Shown here: positions 42,501 through 52,383 of the stretch, in pieces
Layout of the letters: every line of letters starts with the position of its first letter
Numbering within the stretch: the stretch's first letter is position 1
NCBI GenBank assembly: GCA_965242695.1
Contig: CBDESU010000001.1
Span: forward strand, 544,001 to 608,000
Length of the DNA stretch: 64,000 nucleotides
Source of the DNA: Cenarchaeum sp.
GTDB lineage: Archaea > Thermoproteota > Nitrososphaeria > Nitrososphaerales > Nitrosopumilaceae
Direction of reading: 5' to 3'
Notes under the pieces: generated by a model
Told to the model about the DNA's origin: nothing
The model's input: only the letters and a program-made list of their open reading frames with translations
Database searches by the model: none
Position numbers and translations under genes: made by a program

Positions 42501-45500
42501 ACCTGTCCGAGGTGTCGCTTTCCGCCGGGGACACATCCGTCCAGCTCGGCGGCGCGCGGGCGGGCGCCGACTTGGGCCCGTCCGCGGCGGTGCTCGTCTC
42601 GCTCACGCTCGAGCAGCGCGCGAGAACGGCGCTCGCAGAGGCGGCCGCCCCGGCCGGCCTGGTAACCCTGGGAATCGGGGCGGGCGCCGTCGCGGATGCG
42701 GCGCACAACGGGATCGAGGCGGTCGAGGGCCGCGCCGTCGACGTCGCGCCGGACAGGACGGCGCCGGCCCGGGACGAGGCCCCGGCTAGGCTCGACCTTG
42801 GAACGGGCATGCTCGCGATCGGCTTTGACGAGCACGTCAATGCGACGGCCGCGCGCCTGGATCTGGCGTCGCTGGAGGCGCCGGGCGCCGGGACCGGGGG
42901 GACGGCGCAGCCCGTCCTGGACTCGCTCGCCGGCGCAACCGTCGCCGAGGCCGGCGACATCGGCTCGCCGCTCGTAACAATAGGCCTGACCGCATCCCAA
43001 AAGGCCGCCGCCGCATCGGCGCCCGGGGGAAGCCTGCGGATCGCCTCGCAGCTCGGGGCGTTCAGCGACCTGTCGGGCAACCCGTCGGACGCGTTTGGCG
43101 AGCAGCTGCGCATCGACCCCGACGGCGCGGGGCCGAGCCTGGCGGCCGGCGTGCGGCCGCTGCTCAACCTGGCGGCGGGCACGCTCTCGCTCACGTTCGA
43201 CGAGTTTGTCGACGCGGCGCTGACGGACGCCTCGCGCATATCGGTAAGGGACTCGCTCGGCGGATCCGTCGGGCTGGGGGGCGCCGCGCCGCGGGCCGGC
43301 GGCAGCGGAACCGTCGTCACGCTCGGCCTCCTGCGGGCGCACCTGGACGCCGTATCCGAGGCCAACAGGACCGCGCCGCCGATCCTGCTCGACGTCGAGG
43401 CAGGCGCGTTCCGCGACCTGTCGGGCAACGGGAACGGGCAGGCGCTGGGGGTGCGCATCGCGTCCACGGACGATGCCTCGGCGCCCGAGCTGTCCGCCGA
43501 CCGCGGCCCCGAGCTCGACCTCAACGACGGGACGCTGCGCGTGTGGTTTACAGAGCCCGTCGATGCGGCGGGGATCGACCTGTCCCGGGTGACCCTGTCG
43601 GTTGCGGGCGGGGATGCGGTGGCCCTGGGAGGCGCAAGGGCCGAGGCCGCATCCGCAGCGTCCGATGCGGCCGCCATAACGCTCACGCTCGCGCAGCGGG
43701 CCGCCGCCGTGGCGCTCGCCGCGGCGGCCCCGTCGGCGGGCGGCGGCCTGTCGCTCGGCATCGGCGCGGATGCCGTCAGGGACCTGGCGTACAACGGGAT
43801 CGCCGCCGTCGAAGGCAGGGAGGTGGCAGTCACGCCGGACACGACGGCGCCGGCCCCGGACGGGACGCCTCCGCGGCTGGACCTCAACGACGGCACGCTT
43901 ACGGTGCGCCTTGACGAGCACGTCGATGCGGAATCGACGCGGACCGAACTGCTGTCGCTGTCGGCCCGGGGATCGAACGCGACCATACTGCCCTCGCTTG
44001 CCGGAGCGTCGGCGTCCGCCGGCGGGCAGGACGGCGATGCGGCCCGGGGCGCAGGCTCGCCGCTCGTCGTCGTAAAATTGACGGGTGCGCAGAGGGCCGC
44101 CCTGGCCGCCTCGCCGCTGCTGGCCCTGCCGGCCACGGAGCCGGGGATGCGGGCTGAATCCGGGCAGGGCGCAGCCCGGGACTTGAATGCCGCGGATGCC
44201 AATGCGGCGGCCCTCGCCGCGGCGGCCGCCTCGGACCTGCTCGTCCTGGCCGCCCCCGGCGCGTTCAGCGACCTCTCGGGCAACCCGTCGGCGCAGGCAG
44301 ACATCAGGGCCCTGCCCGTGCCCGACTCTAGCGCGCCGGTACTGGCCGCCGGCTCGCCGCCCGTGGTCAACCTGACGGCGGGCACGCTCTTGCTTGCGTT
44401 CGACGAGTACATTGAGGCATCGTCGGTAAACGCGTCCCTGATTGCCGCAAGGGATGCGCGGGGCGGCTCGCAGGTGCGGCTCGCCGGCGCCTCGACTCCG
44501 GCGATGAACGGCACGGCCGTACTGCTCGACCTCACGGAGGCGCACGTGTCCGGCGTACTGGCGGCCAACTCGACGGCGCCGCCGGTCCGCCTGGACGTTG
44601 CAGCCGGCGCGCTCTACGACCTGTACGGCAACGCGTACGAGGGGGCGGCGAACGTGACGGTGGAACTGGCCGCAGCGGCGCGGCCTGCGATGCCCCCACC
44701 ATCGCCGCCGGACGGCGGCACGAACGGAACTGTAGAACCGCCGCCCGTGCAGCCGCCCGTGCAGCCGCCCGTGCAGCCGCCCGTCCAGCCGGCGCAGCCG
44801 GCGCAGCCGGCGCAGCCGGCGGTCGTGTTCCCCTCGGGCGGAGGCGGAGGCGGAGGCGGGGGAGGAGGCGGCACGGGCGGCAGCGGCCGCACCGGCGTCG
44901 GGCCGGCCGGTGGCGCCGCCCCGGCCGTATTCGTCCATTCCGTGTCGTGGGACTGCGAGGCAGGCTCGGCGACCGTCCTCTTGGGCGGCATCGTATCGGG
45001 CGATCCCGAGGTGTCGCTGCTTATGGCGTCGGGCGCCGAAAGGGGAGAGCGCGATCCCGATCGCGACATGCACGGAGCCGCGGCGTACACTGCGCCGTTT
45101 GCCGGCGACGAGATAATCTCGGTGAGGGTCGTCGTGGCCGACGGCAGGAACGTCCAGTCGCTCTCCGAGACTGTCCGCACCTGGGGCGAGTGCGCCGGGC
45201 GGGCAGTGGTTGCCGGCGGCGCCGGAGCGGCGCCGGATGCGGATGCCGGTACGGATGGGCCGGATGCGGAGGCGGGCCGGCAGCCCGCCGCCCTAGGCGC
45301 GCCGGACGAGGACGGGGCGGAGGATGCCGCGATGCGGCCCGAGCCTGCGCCCCTGCCGGACGAGGGGGCGGAGCGGGATGCAGAGCCGGCGCCGGGCGGC
45401 TCGGCTCCGGCCGGGGCGGAGCGTCCGCAGGACGTCCCCGACGCGGCCGGCGCGGGGCAAATGCAGGAGCCGGCGCCGCCCGCGCCGGCCCCTGCAGGCG

Positions 45501-46009
45501 GGCCGGCCCCCGCCCCTCCGCCAGCGGACGATCGGGATGCGGATGGGCAGATGCCGGCGCCGGCGCCGCAAGAGGACGATGCGCCGCAGGGAGGAGGGGG
45601 CTGCCTGATCGCGACGGCTGCGTACGGGACCGAGCTTGCGCCGCAGGTGCAGGCGCTGCGCGAGATGCGCGAGGCGGCGATCGCATCGTCGCCGCACGCC
45701 GCGTCGCTCCTCGGCGCGCTCAACGCCGCGTACTATTCATTCTCGCCGCATGTGTCCGACCTGGAGCGCTCGTCGCCGGCGCTGCGCGCCGCCGCGGGGG
45801 CCGCGATCGCGCCGCCGCTGGCCCTGCTGCACCCACTGCATGCGGCCCCTGCCGGCGGCGGAGGCGGGGATGCGCCCCACCTTGCGGCGCTTGCCGTGCT
45901 TGCAGCTGTCGCCGCCGCGGCTGCGCCGGCCGTTGCCGCTGTGACAAGGCGCCGCCCAGCCTCCTGCGGCCCGCCGCCCCCTGAGCGTCCTAGCGTATGC
46001 CGTACCTAG
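33511..46009 (+). CDS. Giant Ig-like-repeat surface protein with CFI-box-CTERM anchor, broken by several frameshifts
   Basis: N-terminal hydrophobic leader; many ~120-140 aa repeats 'P.LDLG.G.L...FDEY/HV...GAF.DLSGN' continuing across ORFs 33511, 34647, 38023, 38423, 39843, 40254 and 40205; C-terminal 'GGGCLIATAAYGTELAPQVQALRE...YYSFSP' plus a TM segment. Confidence 0.85.
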
Positions 46010-46087
46010 GCCAGTCGCCAACCCTACCTAGCCTGAACGACTCTTCTCGGTGGTTGATGCACACGCCAAACACACTGAAAAAGCCGT

Positions 46088-46513
46088 CTAGGCCAGCAGG
46101 AACGGCCAGCGGGAGTTTGGATCACGTGACCACTCAGTGTCTGGGGCGACCACTCTGACGGCGCCCTTGTCGATCCATCTGTTATCGTACTGCATCTCCA
46201 TTGCTACTTCTGAATGATATGCATCGAATATGCCTGACACGCTGTACATTGACCGCTTCGACTCTTCGCTGACGGTGACCTCAAGCTCTTGAAGTAACCA
46301 CAGCGGCACTACGGACGTCGATGCGCCCGAGTCAAGCACGCCCCATCCTTGGACGCTCGCCGTGCCTGCATCTAGAACCGTGCAATCCCTGCGCCTTACA
46401 CGCAATACGACCGCTGCTTTTCTGGACCCCTTCATACTGCCGTCCTTAGTTGGCATTAGTACCTGGATATGCTTCAGCTTTCTCCACACCACGGGAGGCG
46501 CGTATGGGGCCAT
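46088..46513 (-). CDS. Retropepsin-like aspartyl protease (probable 1-nt frameshift near the C-terminus)
   Basis: 'GVLDSGASTSVVP' catalytic motif; 'WPFLL' continues in another frame as 'GLDGFFSVFGVCIN'; its ATG overlaps the upstream stop (TGATG). Confidence 0.78.
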   Translation of the reverse strand: MAPYAPPVVWRKLKHIQVLMPTKDGSMKGSRKAAVVLRVRRRDCTVLDAGTASVQGWGVLDSGASTSVVPLWLLQELEVTVSEESKRSMYSVSGIFDAYHSEVAMEMQYDNRWIDKGAVRVVAPDTEWSRDPNSRWPFLLA

Positions 46514-46851
46514 CACTCTACATGGAGGAACGTAAGCTCCTCCGGCCCCGCATAGATGTACTCCATAAAGGGCTCGCCCTTGCCCGCCTTCCACCCTTCT
46601 TGGTGGACGCGCCTCGGGTCCTTGCCGTGCGCCACGATCCCGCCACCTACCACAGCCAGCCATTCGCCCCTGTACTTTTCAAACTCCTCGGGCCGCATCG
46701 ATCTCAGGAACTCTAGGTTTTTTACGATGTCGTTGTCGATCCTCACTCCGAGGCCCTCGGCGGCCCACCCGCTGCACTCGTCTAGGGGATCGTACCCCGC
46801 ATTGCGATCGCCGCTGTGGGTGTCCGCACCGGCCGCATCCTTGCCTGCCAT
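46513..46851 (-). CDS. DUF5678-like small protein, copy 1
   Basis: 'EFEKYRGEWLAVVGGGIVAHGKDPRRV'; 'ttatat' upstream. Confidence 0.78.
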   Translation of the reverse strand: MAGKDAAGADTHSGDRNAGYDPLDECSGWAAEGLGVRIDNDIVKNLEFLRSMRPEEFEKYRGEWLAVVGGGIVAHGKDPRRVHQEGWKAGKGEPFMEYIYAGPEELTFLHVE

Positions 46852-46964
46852 TGGCAACTGCCGCCCACGCTCAATATAAGTTTACTCTTTTTTCACAATG
46901 CGCAACGCCTCCTGCCACGTAGGCGCACCAAATGCTTATGTGGGGGCCCCTGCGACGCGGCTTG

Positions 46965-47417
46965 ATGGGCGTAACAGGGCGGGAGCCGGCACAGGGCGGC
47001 GATCGCGGCCAGGCGGACGAGAAGAGGCGGTGCGACGCCGTCCCGTTCGACGTGTTCCTCAAGCTGTGCCACATGGACGCGCTGGCTAGGCGCGACACTG
47101 CGTGGGTGGAGTGGTACAAGGGGTGGCTCAGGGACGTGCCCGAGAAAGGCCGCGAGGCCTACATGGCTAGGACAAAGGCCGAGTACGAGGGGCGCACGGG
47201 GGAGACGACCGGCGAGTGCCTGATCCGGATGCGCAAAGAGCGCATCAAAAAATATCTTGCCGAGCGCCGCGCCGAGCGCCGCGCCGAGAGTCTTGCCGAG
47301 CGCATCGCCGAGCGTACTAGGAGCAACGTCGAAGCTGCGATCAACAAGCAGATCATGGTGGACAACTTTAGGATCTTTCGGGACGAGTACATGGGCATGA
47401 TGGGCCGCCGATCCTGA
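46965..47417 (+). CDS. Hypothetical helical protein, tandem paralogue 1
   Basis: Near-identical to 47821..48336; contains short AERR/AERI repeats. Confidence 0.72.
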   Translation: MGVTGREPAQGGDRGQADEKRRCDAVPFDVFLKLCHMDALARRDTAWVEWYKGWLRDVPEKGREAYMARTKAEYEGRTGETTGECLIRMRKERIKKYLAERRAERRAESLAERIAERTRSNVEAAINKQIMVDNFRIFRDEYMGMMGRRS

Positions 47418-47820
47418 CGGGTTCCGGCGGCGCGGCGGGCTTTCGATCTGTGCGGCCGCTAGGCCCGCGCCGGGCTCCGACTCTGCGCAAGGCAGGGCGC
47501 ACCGCGATGCGGTTCCGCGGATTGCGGGCCGCCCTGGGGACGTTTTTTGGAGACCGGGCGCCCGATCGCGTCGGTCGCTGTCACTGCCCGCCCGTTTCGC
47601 ACCCGCCTGCTCCCGCAGGGGCCTGACCCCTGCATGGGGCGCGGCATACCGCCCGGAGCGGGCGCGGCCCAGGGGGCCATGACGAGGTGGCCGGGAGGGG
47701 CGGCCGGCGGATGCGGGCAGGGTGCGGCCGGCCGCGAGGCTTCCAGCATCTCCCTGCGCGAGCCTCCGACCCTGTAGGATGCACCGAATGCTTATATCGG
47801 GGCCTAGGCGCCACTGTTCG

Positions 47821-48336
47821 ATGAGCGTAACAAGGCGGGAGCCGGCACAGGGCGGCGATCGCGGCCAGGCGGACGAGAAGAGGCGGCGCGACGCCGTCCC
47901 GTTCGACATGTTCCTCAAGCTGTGCCACATGGACGCGCTGGCCAGGCGCGACACTGCGTGGCTGGAGTGGTACAAGGGGTGGCTCAGGGATGTGCCCGAG
48001 AAAGGCCGCGAGGCCTACATGGCTAGGACAAAGGCCGAGTACGAGGGGCGCACGGGGGAGACGACCGGCGAGTGCCTGATTCGAATGCGCAAAGAGCGCA
48101 TCAAAAAATATCTTGCCGAGCGCCGCGCCGAGCGCCGCGCCGAGCGCCGCGCCGAGCGCCTTGACGAGAGCCTCACTGAGCGCATCGCCGAGCGCCTTGA
48201 CGAGAGCCTCACTGAGCGCATCGCCGAGCGTACTAGGAGCAATGTTGAGGCGGCGATCAACGAGCAGATCATGGTGGACAACTTTAGGATCTTTCGGGAC
48301 GAGTACATGGGCATGATGGGCCGCAGATCGTGCTAG
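47821..48336 (+). CDS. Hypothetical helical protein, tandem paralogue 2 (expanded repeat tract)
   Basis: Same protein with an extra AERR unit and two 'LDESLTERIAER' units. Confidence 0.72.
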   Translation: MSVTRREPAQGGDRGQADEKRRRDAVPFDMFLKLCHMDALARRDTAWLEWYKGWLRDVPEKGREAYMARTKAEYEGRTGETTGECLIRMRKERIKKYLAERRAERRAERRAERLDESLTERIAERLDESLTERIAERTRSNVEAAINEQIMVDNFRIFRDEYMGMMGRRSC

Positions 48337-48403
48337 GCTCCAACTGATTTGGCATTTTCTACCCGTGCAGTGCACGGTATGTCGTTGAATGAGCATCCTG
48401 CCG

Positions 48404-50893
48404 CTACGCGCCCCAGTCTCCTGATGCCCCGTATTGCTTCCGTTCTACGTCAGGATCGATTTCCACTGCGCGCTCGTATGCCCGTTGCGCCTCTGTATTC
48501 CATCCAGTCATGGACAGCGCCTCGGCTAGTCCAAGGTGCGCCATTGCGCTGCCGGGATCCAGCCCTGCTGCCCTGCGGTACGCCCGCGCGGCATCATCGT
48601 GCCGTCCCGCATCCGAGAGCGCCTCGGCCAGGCCTATCTGAATGCTCGCGCTGCCGGGATCCAGCCCTGCTGCCCTGCGGTACGCCCGCGCGGCATCTTC
48701 GTGCCGTCCCGCATCCGAGAGCGCCTCGGCCAGGCCTATCTGAATGCTCGCGCTGCCGGGATCCAGCCCTGCTGCCCTGCGGTACGCCCGCGCGGCATCT
48801 TCGTGCCGTCCCGCATCCGAGAGCGCCTCGGCCAGGCCTATCTGAATGCTCGCGCTGCCGGGATCCAGCCCGGCTGCCCTGCGGTACGCGGGGACGGCCT
48901 CCTCGGGCCTGCCTGCCCTTGAGAGCGCCTCGGCCAGGCCATGGTGAGCCCTTGCGCTGCCGGGATCCAGCTCGGCCGCCCTGCGGTACGCGGGGACGGC
49001 CTCCTCGGGCCTGCCTGCCCTTGAGAGCGCCTCGGCCAGGCCATGGTGAGCCCTTGCGCTGCCGGGATCCAGCTCGGCCGCCCTGCGGTACGCGGGGACG
49101 GCCTCCTCGAACCGCCCCGCGCTCAGGAGCGAGTCGGCCAGCCCGAGGTGCGCCTTCGCGCTGCCGGGATCCAGCTCGGCCGCCCTGCGGTACGCGGGGA
49201 CGGCCTCCTCGGGCCTGCCTGCCCTTGAGAGCGCCTCGGCCAGGCCATGGTGAGCCCTTGCGCTGCCGGGATCCAGCTCGGCCGCCCTGCGGTACGCGGG
49301 GACGGCCTCCTCGAACCGCCCCGCGCTCAGGAGCGAGTCGGCCAGCCCGAGGTGCGCCTTCGCGCTGCCGGGATCCAGCTCGGCCGCCCTGCGGTACGCG
49401 GGGACGGCCTCCTCGAACCGCCCCGCGCTCAGGAGCGAGTCGGCCAGCCCGAGGTGCGCCTTCGCGCTGCCGGGATCGATCTCGGCCGCCCTGCGGTACT
49501 CGGGAATCGCCGCCTCCCACTGGCCGAGGATTGCCAGCATTCCGCCCGCGCCGGCATGCGCCTCCGAGCTGCCGCCGTCAAGGTCGATCGCATCCCTGTA
49601 GTACGCCAGCGCCTTTTCGTGGCGGCCGGCCCTCGAGAGGACTCCGGCCAGCCCAAGGTGCGCCGATGCGCCGCCGAGCCTGTACCTGATGCGGGACGCC
49701 TTGTCGATCCGCACGCCGGATGAGGCGAGGCCGAGCCCCGTCCTTGCGCCCGCATCGATCGCCCCCTCGTACGAGGCGCCGGCCTCGACGTCCCTGCCCT
49801 CGGCCGCCCTTGCGTGCCCGAGCGCCACGTACGAGGCGGCATCGTCGGGGTCGATGCGTATCGCGTCTTCAAAGTGCCCCGCCGCCTCGCCGTGCCGGCC
49901 CTGCTCGGACAGGGACAGGCCCCGCGCCACGTGCGCCGACACGTCGTGGGGGTCGACCACCAGCGCGCCGTCGTACTCGGAGACCTCGAGCCTGCCGTCG
50001 GGCCCTCTTTGCATGCGCAGCGCGTACCCCCTGAACACGCGCGCGGGCGCGTACGTCGGGTCCAGCTCGATCGACCTTGCGTACAGCCTGCCGGCGTCCG
50101 CGTGGCGCCCGGCAAGCCGCGCTAGGTGCCCGAGCTCGAGATGTGCCAGGGGGTTGGCCGGGTCCAGCCGCGCGGCCTCCCGAAGCATGGCCTCGGCCTC
50201 GCCTGCCCGCCCCAGGTGGGCCAGCGAATGGCCGGCGCAGAGGTGCGCCCACACGCTCTCAGCCTCTTTCTTGATGTGGGCAAGGCACCGCCTCAGGGCG
50301 TCTTCGTACGCGGCGGCCGCGTCCCCGACGCGCCCGGCCATGTCCATGTGGCTGCCCTCCACGAGCCGCAGGGCCACAATGTCCGCGGGGCGGCCGTCGA
50401 ATATGGCGACCAGTACGGCATCGGTCGTCAGGCATGCGGCGACATCGTCGGGGATGCTGTGCGAGAGCGAGTGGACATGGGCATGCCGATCGTCGAGCAT
50501 GCCGCCGAGTCGGCGCGCGCCGCCCTCGCAGTCTAGCATCCGCAGCAGGGCGTCCAGCCCGCACTCGACGGCCGCATCCCTAGCGGCGCCCACGGTCAGG
50601 CGGACGTGCATTGCCGCATCGATGCGGGCGGCAGGGACCGATGCCTCTTCCCCGATGTCCTCTATGCGCACGTCCACGCTCCCGCCGCCGTCCCTCTTCC
50701 CGCGGTGCAGCTCCACCTCGCCCTGCAGGGCCTTTTCCACGATCGTTCCCGAGTCGCCCAGTATGGACCTCTTGTCGCGCGGGCGCGAGCCTCCCGAGTC
50801 TGCCTTGTTCTCGGCGGTCCTGACTAGGATGTCGTGGCGGCTCTGCAGCACCATGTGCGACGTGATCGGATACCGGTACCTCTTCACTGCCAT
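48404..50893 (-). CDS. TPR-repeat protein
   Basis: About ten near-identical 34-aa (102-bp) repeats 'A.AH.GLAEALS.AGR.EEAVPAYRRAAELDPGS' plus diverged N-terminal TPRs. Confidence 0.92.
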   Translation of the reverse strand: MAVKRYRYPITSHMVLQSRHDILVRTAENKADSGGSRPRDKRSILGDSGTIVEKALQGEVELHRGKRDGGGSVDVRIEDIGEEASVPAARIDAAMHVRLTVGAARDAAVECGLDALLRMLDCEGGARRLGGMLDDRHAHVHSLSHSIPDDVAACLTTDAVLVAIFDGRPADIVALRLVEGSHMDMAGRVGDAAAAYEDALRRCLAHIKKEAESVWAHLCAGHSLAHLGRAGEAEAMLREAARLDPANPLAHLELGHLARLAGRHADAGRLYARSIELDPTYAPARVFRGYALRMQRGPDGRLEVSEYDGALVVDPHDVSAHVARGLSLSEQGRHGEAAGHFEDAIRIDPDDAASYVALGHARAAEGRDVEAGASYEGAIDAGARTGLGLASSGVRIDKASRIRYRLGGASAHLGLAGVLSRAGRHEKALAYYRDAIDLDGGSSEAHAGAGGMLAILGQWEAAIPEYRRAAEIDPGSAKAHLGLADSLLSAGRFEEAVPAYRRAAELDPGSAKAHLGLADSLLSAGRFEEAVPAYRRAAELDPGSARAHHGLAEALSRAGRPEEAVPAYRRAAELDPGSAKAHLGLADSLLSAGRFEEAVPAYRRAAELDPGSARAHHGLAEALSRAGRPEEAVPAYRRAAELDPGSARAHHGLAEALSRAGRPEEAVPAYRRAAGLDPGSASIQIGLAEALSDAGRHEDAARAYRRAAGLDPGSASIQIGLAEALSDAGRHEDAARAYRRAAGLDPGSASIQIGLAEALSDAGRHDDAARAYRRAAGLDPGSAMAHLGLAEALSMTGWNTEAQRAYERAVEIDPDVERKQYGASGDWGA

Positions 50894-51229
50894 GCCGGGA
50901 GCGCGCATACGGCCCTATTTATGTATTATACCTATGTTGCATGGATATTTGACGTACAGGCTTGACGGGCGTCCGCGCGGCGCCCCGCGCCCCGCGGCGC
51001 GTGCGTCCGCACCGGCCGCACGCTCGCCTGCCATGCGGGCCTGTCACATTCCTGGGGCGCATCTAGGCGCGGGAGCGAGATCCCTGTGGCCCGCAACCGG
51101 GCGCGCCAGCAGCCTGCCGTGCAGGCGCGCGCATGATGCTCGCCGGCTGCGCCGGCGCGGGCCGGCGCATCCCAGCAGTTCGTTGTAGTTGCGCTCCGTG
51201 CCGGGCGGGGGCCCGGCCCTAGGCGGCCG

Positions 51230-51381
51230 ACGTTCCTGTGCCTGACACTGCGATTCTTCTGCCTTGCGTGCACTGCGGACGGCGCTTTTCTGGACCCCCT
51301 CATGCCGCCGTCCCTGCTTGGCATTAGTACCGGGATGCACTTCAGCTTCTTCCACACCATGGGAGGCGCGTGGGGGGCCAT
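51230..51381 (-). pseudogene. Truncated second copy of the aspartyl protease gene (5' part only)
   Basis: 'MAPHAPPMVWKKLKCIPVLMPSRDGGMRGSRKA' matches the start of the gene at 46513; similarity is lost before the DSG motif. Confidence 0.75.
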
Positions 51382-51719
51382 CACTCTACATGGAAGAACG
51401 TAGGCTCCTCGGGCCTCGCATAGATGTACTCCATAAAGGGCTCGCCCTTGCCCGCCTTCCACCCGTCCTGGTGGACGCGCCTCGGGTCCTTGCCGTGCGC
51501 CACGATCCCGCCGCCGGCCACGGCCAGCCATTCGCCCCTGTACTTTTCAAACTCCTCGGACTGCATCGATCTCAGGAACTCTAGGTTTCTTACGATGTCG
51601 TTGTCGATCCTCACTCCGGGGCCCTCGGCGGCCCACCCGCCGCACTCGTCCAGGGGATCGTACCCCGCACTGCGATCGCCGCTGTGGGTGTCCGCACCGG
51701 CCGCATCCTTGCCTGCCAT
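51381..51719 (-). CDS. DUF5678-like small protein, copy 2
   Basis: Near-identical to 46513..46851. Confidence 0.78.
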   Translation of the reverse strand: MAGKDAAGADTHSGDRSAGYDPLDECGGWAAEGPGVRIDNDIVRNLEFLRSMQSEEFEKYRGEWLAVAGGGIVAHGKDPRRVHQDGWKAGKGEPFMEYIYARPEEPTFFHVE

Positions 51720-52065
51720 TGGCGACTGCCGTCCAGCCCTCAATAAGAATTCACTGTTTTTTCACAATGCGCAACGGCGCAGGGGCGCGGCGGCCCTGCG
51801 GCCGCATCCTGGCGCGCCGGGGGTGGGTTGCGCGCAGCGCGTGCATCTGCGGCGCCGGCAGCGGGGATCACCCCTGCGATGCGCCGCCGCGCCCTGGCCG
51901 CTGGGCGCGGGGATGACCGCCCGTCCTCGGCCGCAGGCTCCGCCCGCCTGCCGGCCGCACGCGCAGGCGCGAGGCGGCCCGCTCCCCTCCCCCGTTCGCA
52001 TCCTGCATGTCCGCTACCGGGAGGTCTGCGATCGGCGGGCGCCGCCGCGCCCGCGGGCTATTCGA

Positions 52066-52383
52066 TCAACCCTTGCCGTACACTGCCTTGTGATCGCCTA
52101 CCCGTAGAAAGCGTATGCAATCGCCGCTGACACAGTACAGAATTCTGTATGATCTGCCCACCCTGCAAGCAAAGACATGGGTTGGCACTCCGTCGACGCG
52201 AATCCTTCCCTTGCTGTCCCTAGGATCCATGACATTTTCCGACATGAGCAAGTCGTCGACCGCCTGGTTTACTCGATCTACAATGTTTTTTCCCAAGCCG
52301 AGGCGCTGGCGCTCGAACTTTGGATCATACGCGGCTCTCCACCTTTTGCCCTCGCCCGATTGTCCTCTTGGTGTTTCCTTCAT
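52066..52383 (-). CDS. RelE/ParE-family toxin
   Basis: 'WRAAYDPKFERQ...VFACRVGRSYRILYCV...IRFLRVGDHKAVY'; ATGA overlap with the upstream gene. Confidence 0.8.
   Translation of the reverse strand: MKETPRGQSGEGKRWRAAYDPKFERQRLGLGKNIVDRVNQAVDDLLMSENVMDPRDSKGRIRVDGVPTHVFACRVGRSYRILYCVSGDCIRFLRVGDHKAVYGKG

Noticed and set aside
41467-44568. Long antisense ORFs (1033 aa, 897 aa and many similar ones across the window)
   Set aside because: Shadow frames of GC-rich real genes; Arg/Ala/Pro-rich and without motifs.
46088-51780. Diversity-generating retroelement (template/variable repeat pair)
   Set aside because: No reverse transcriptase in the window, and the differences between duplicates are not visibly adenine-specific.
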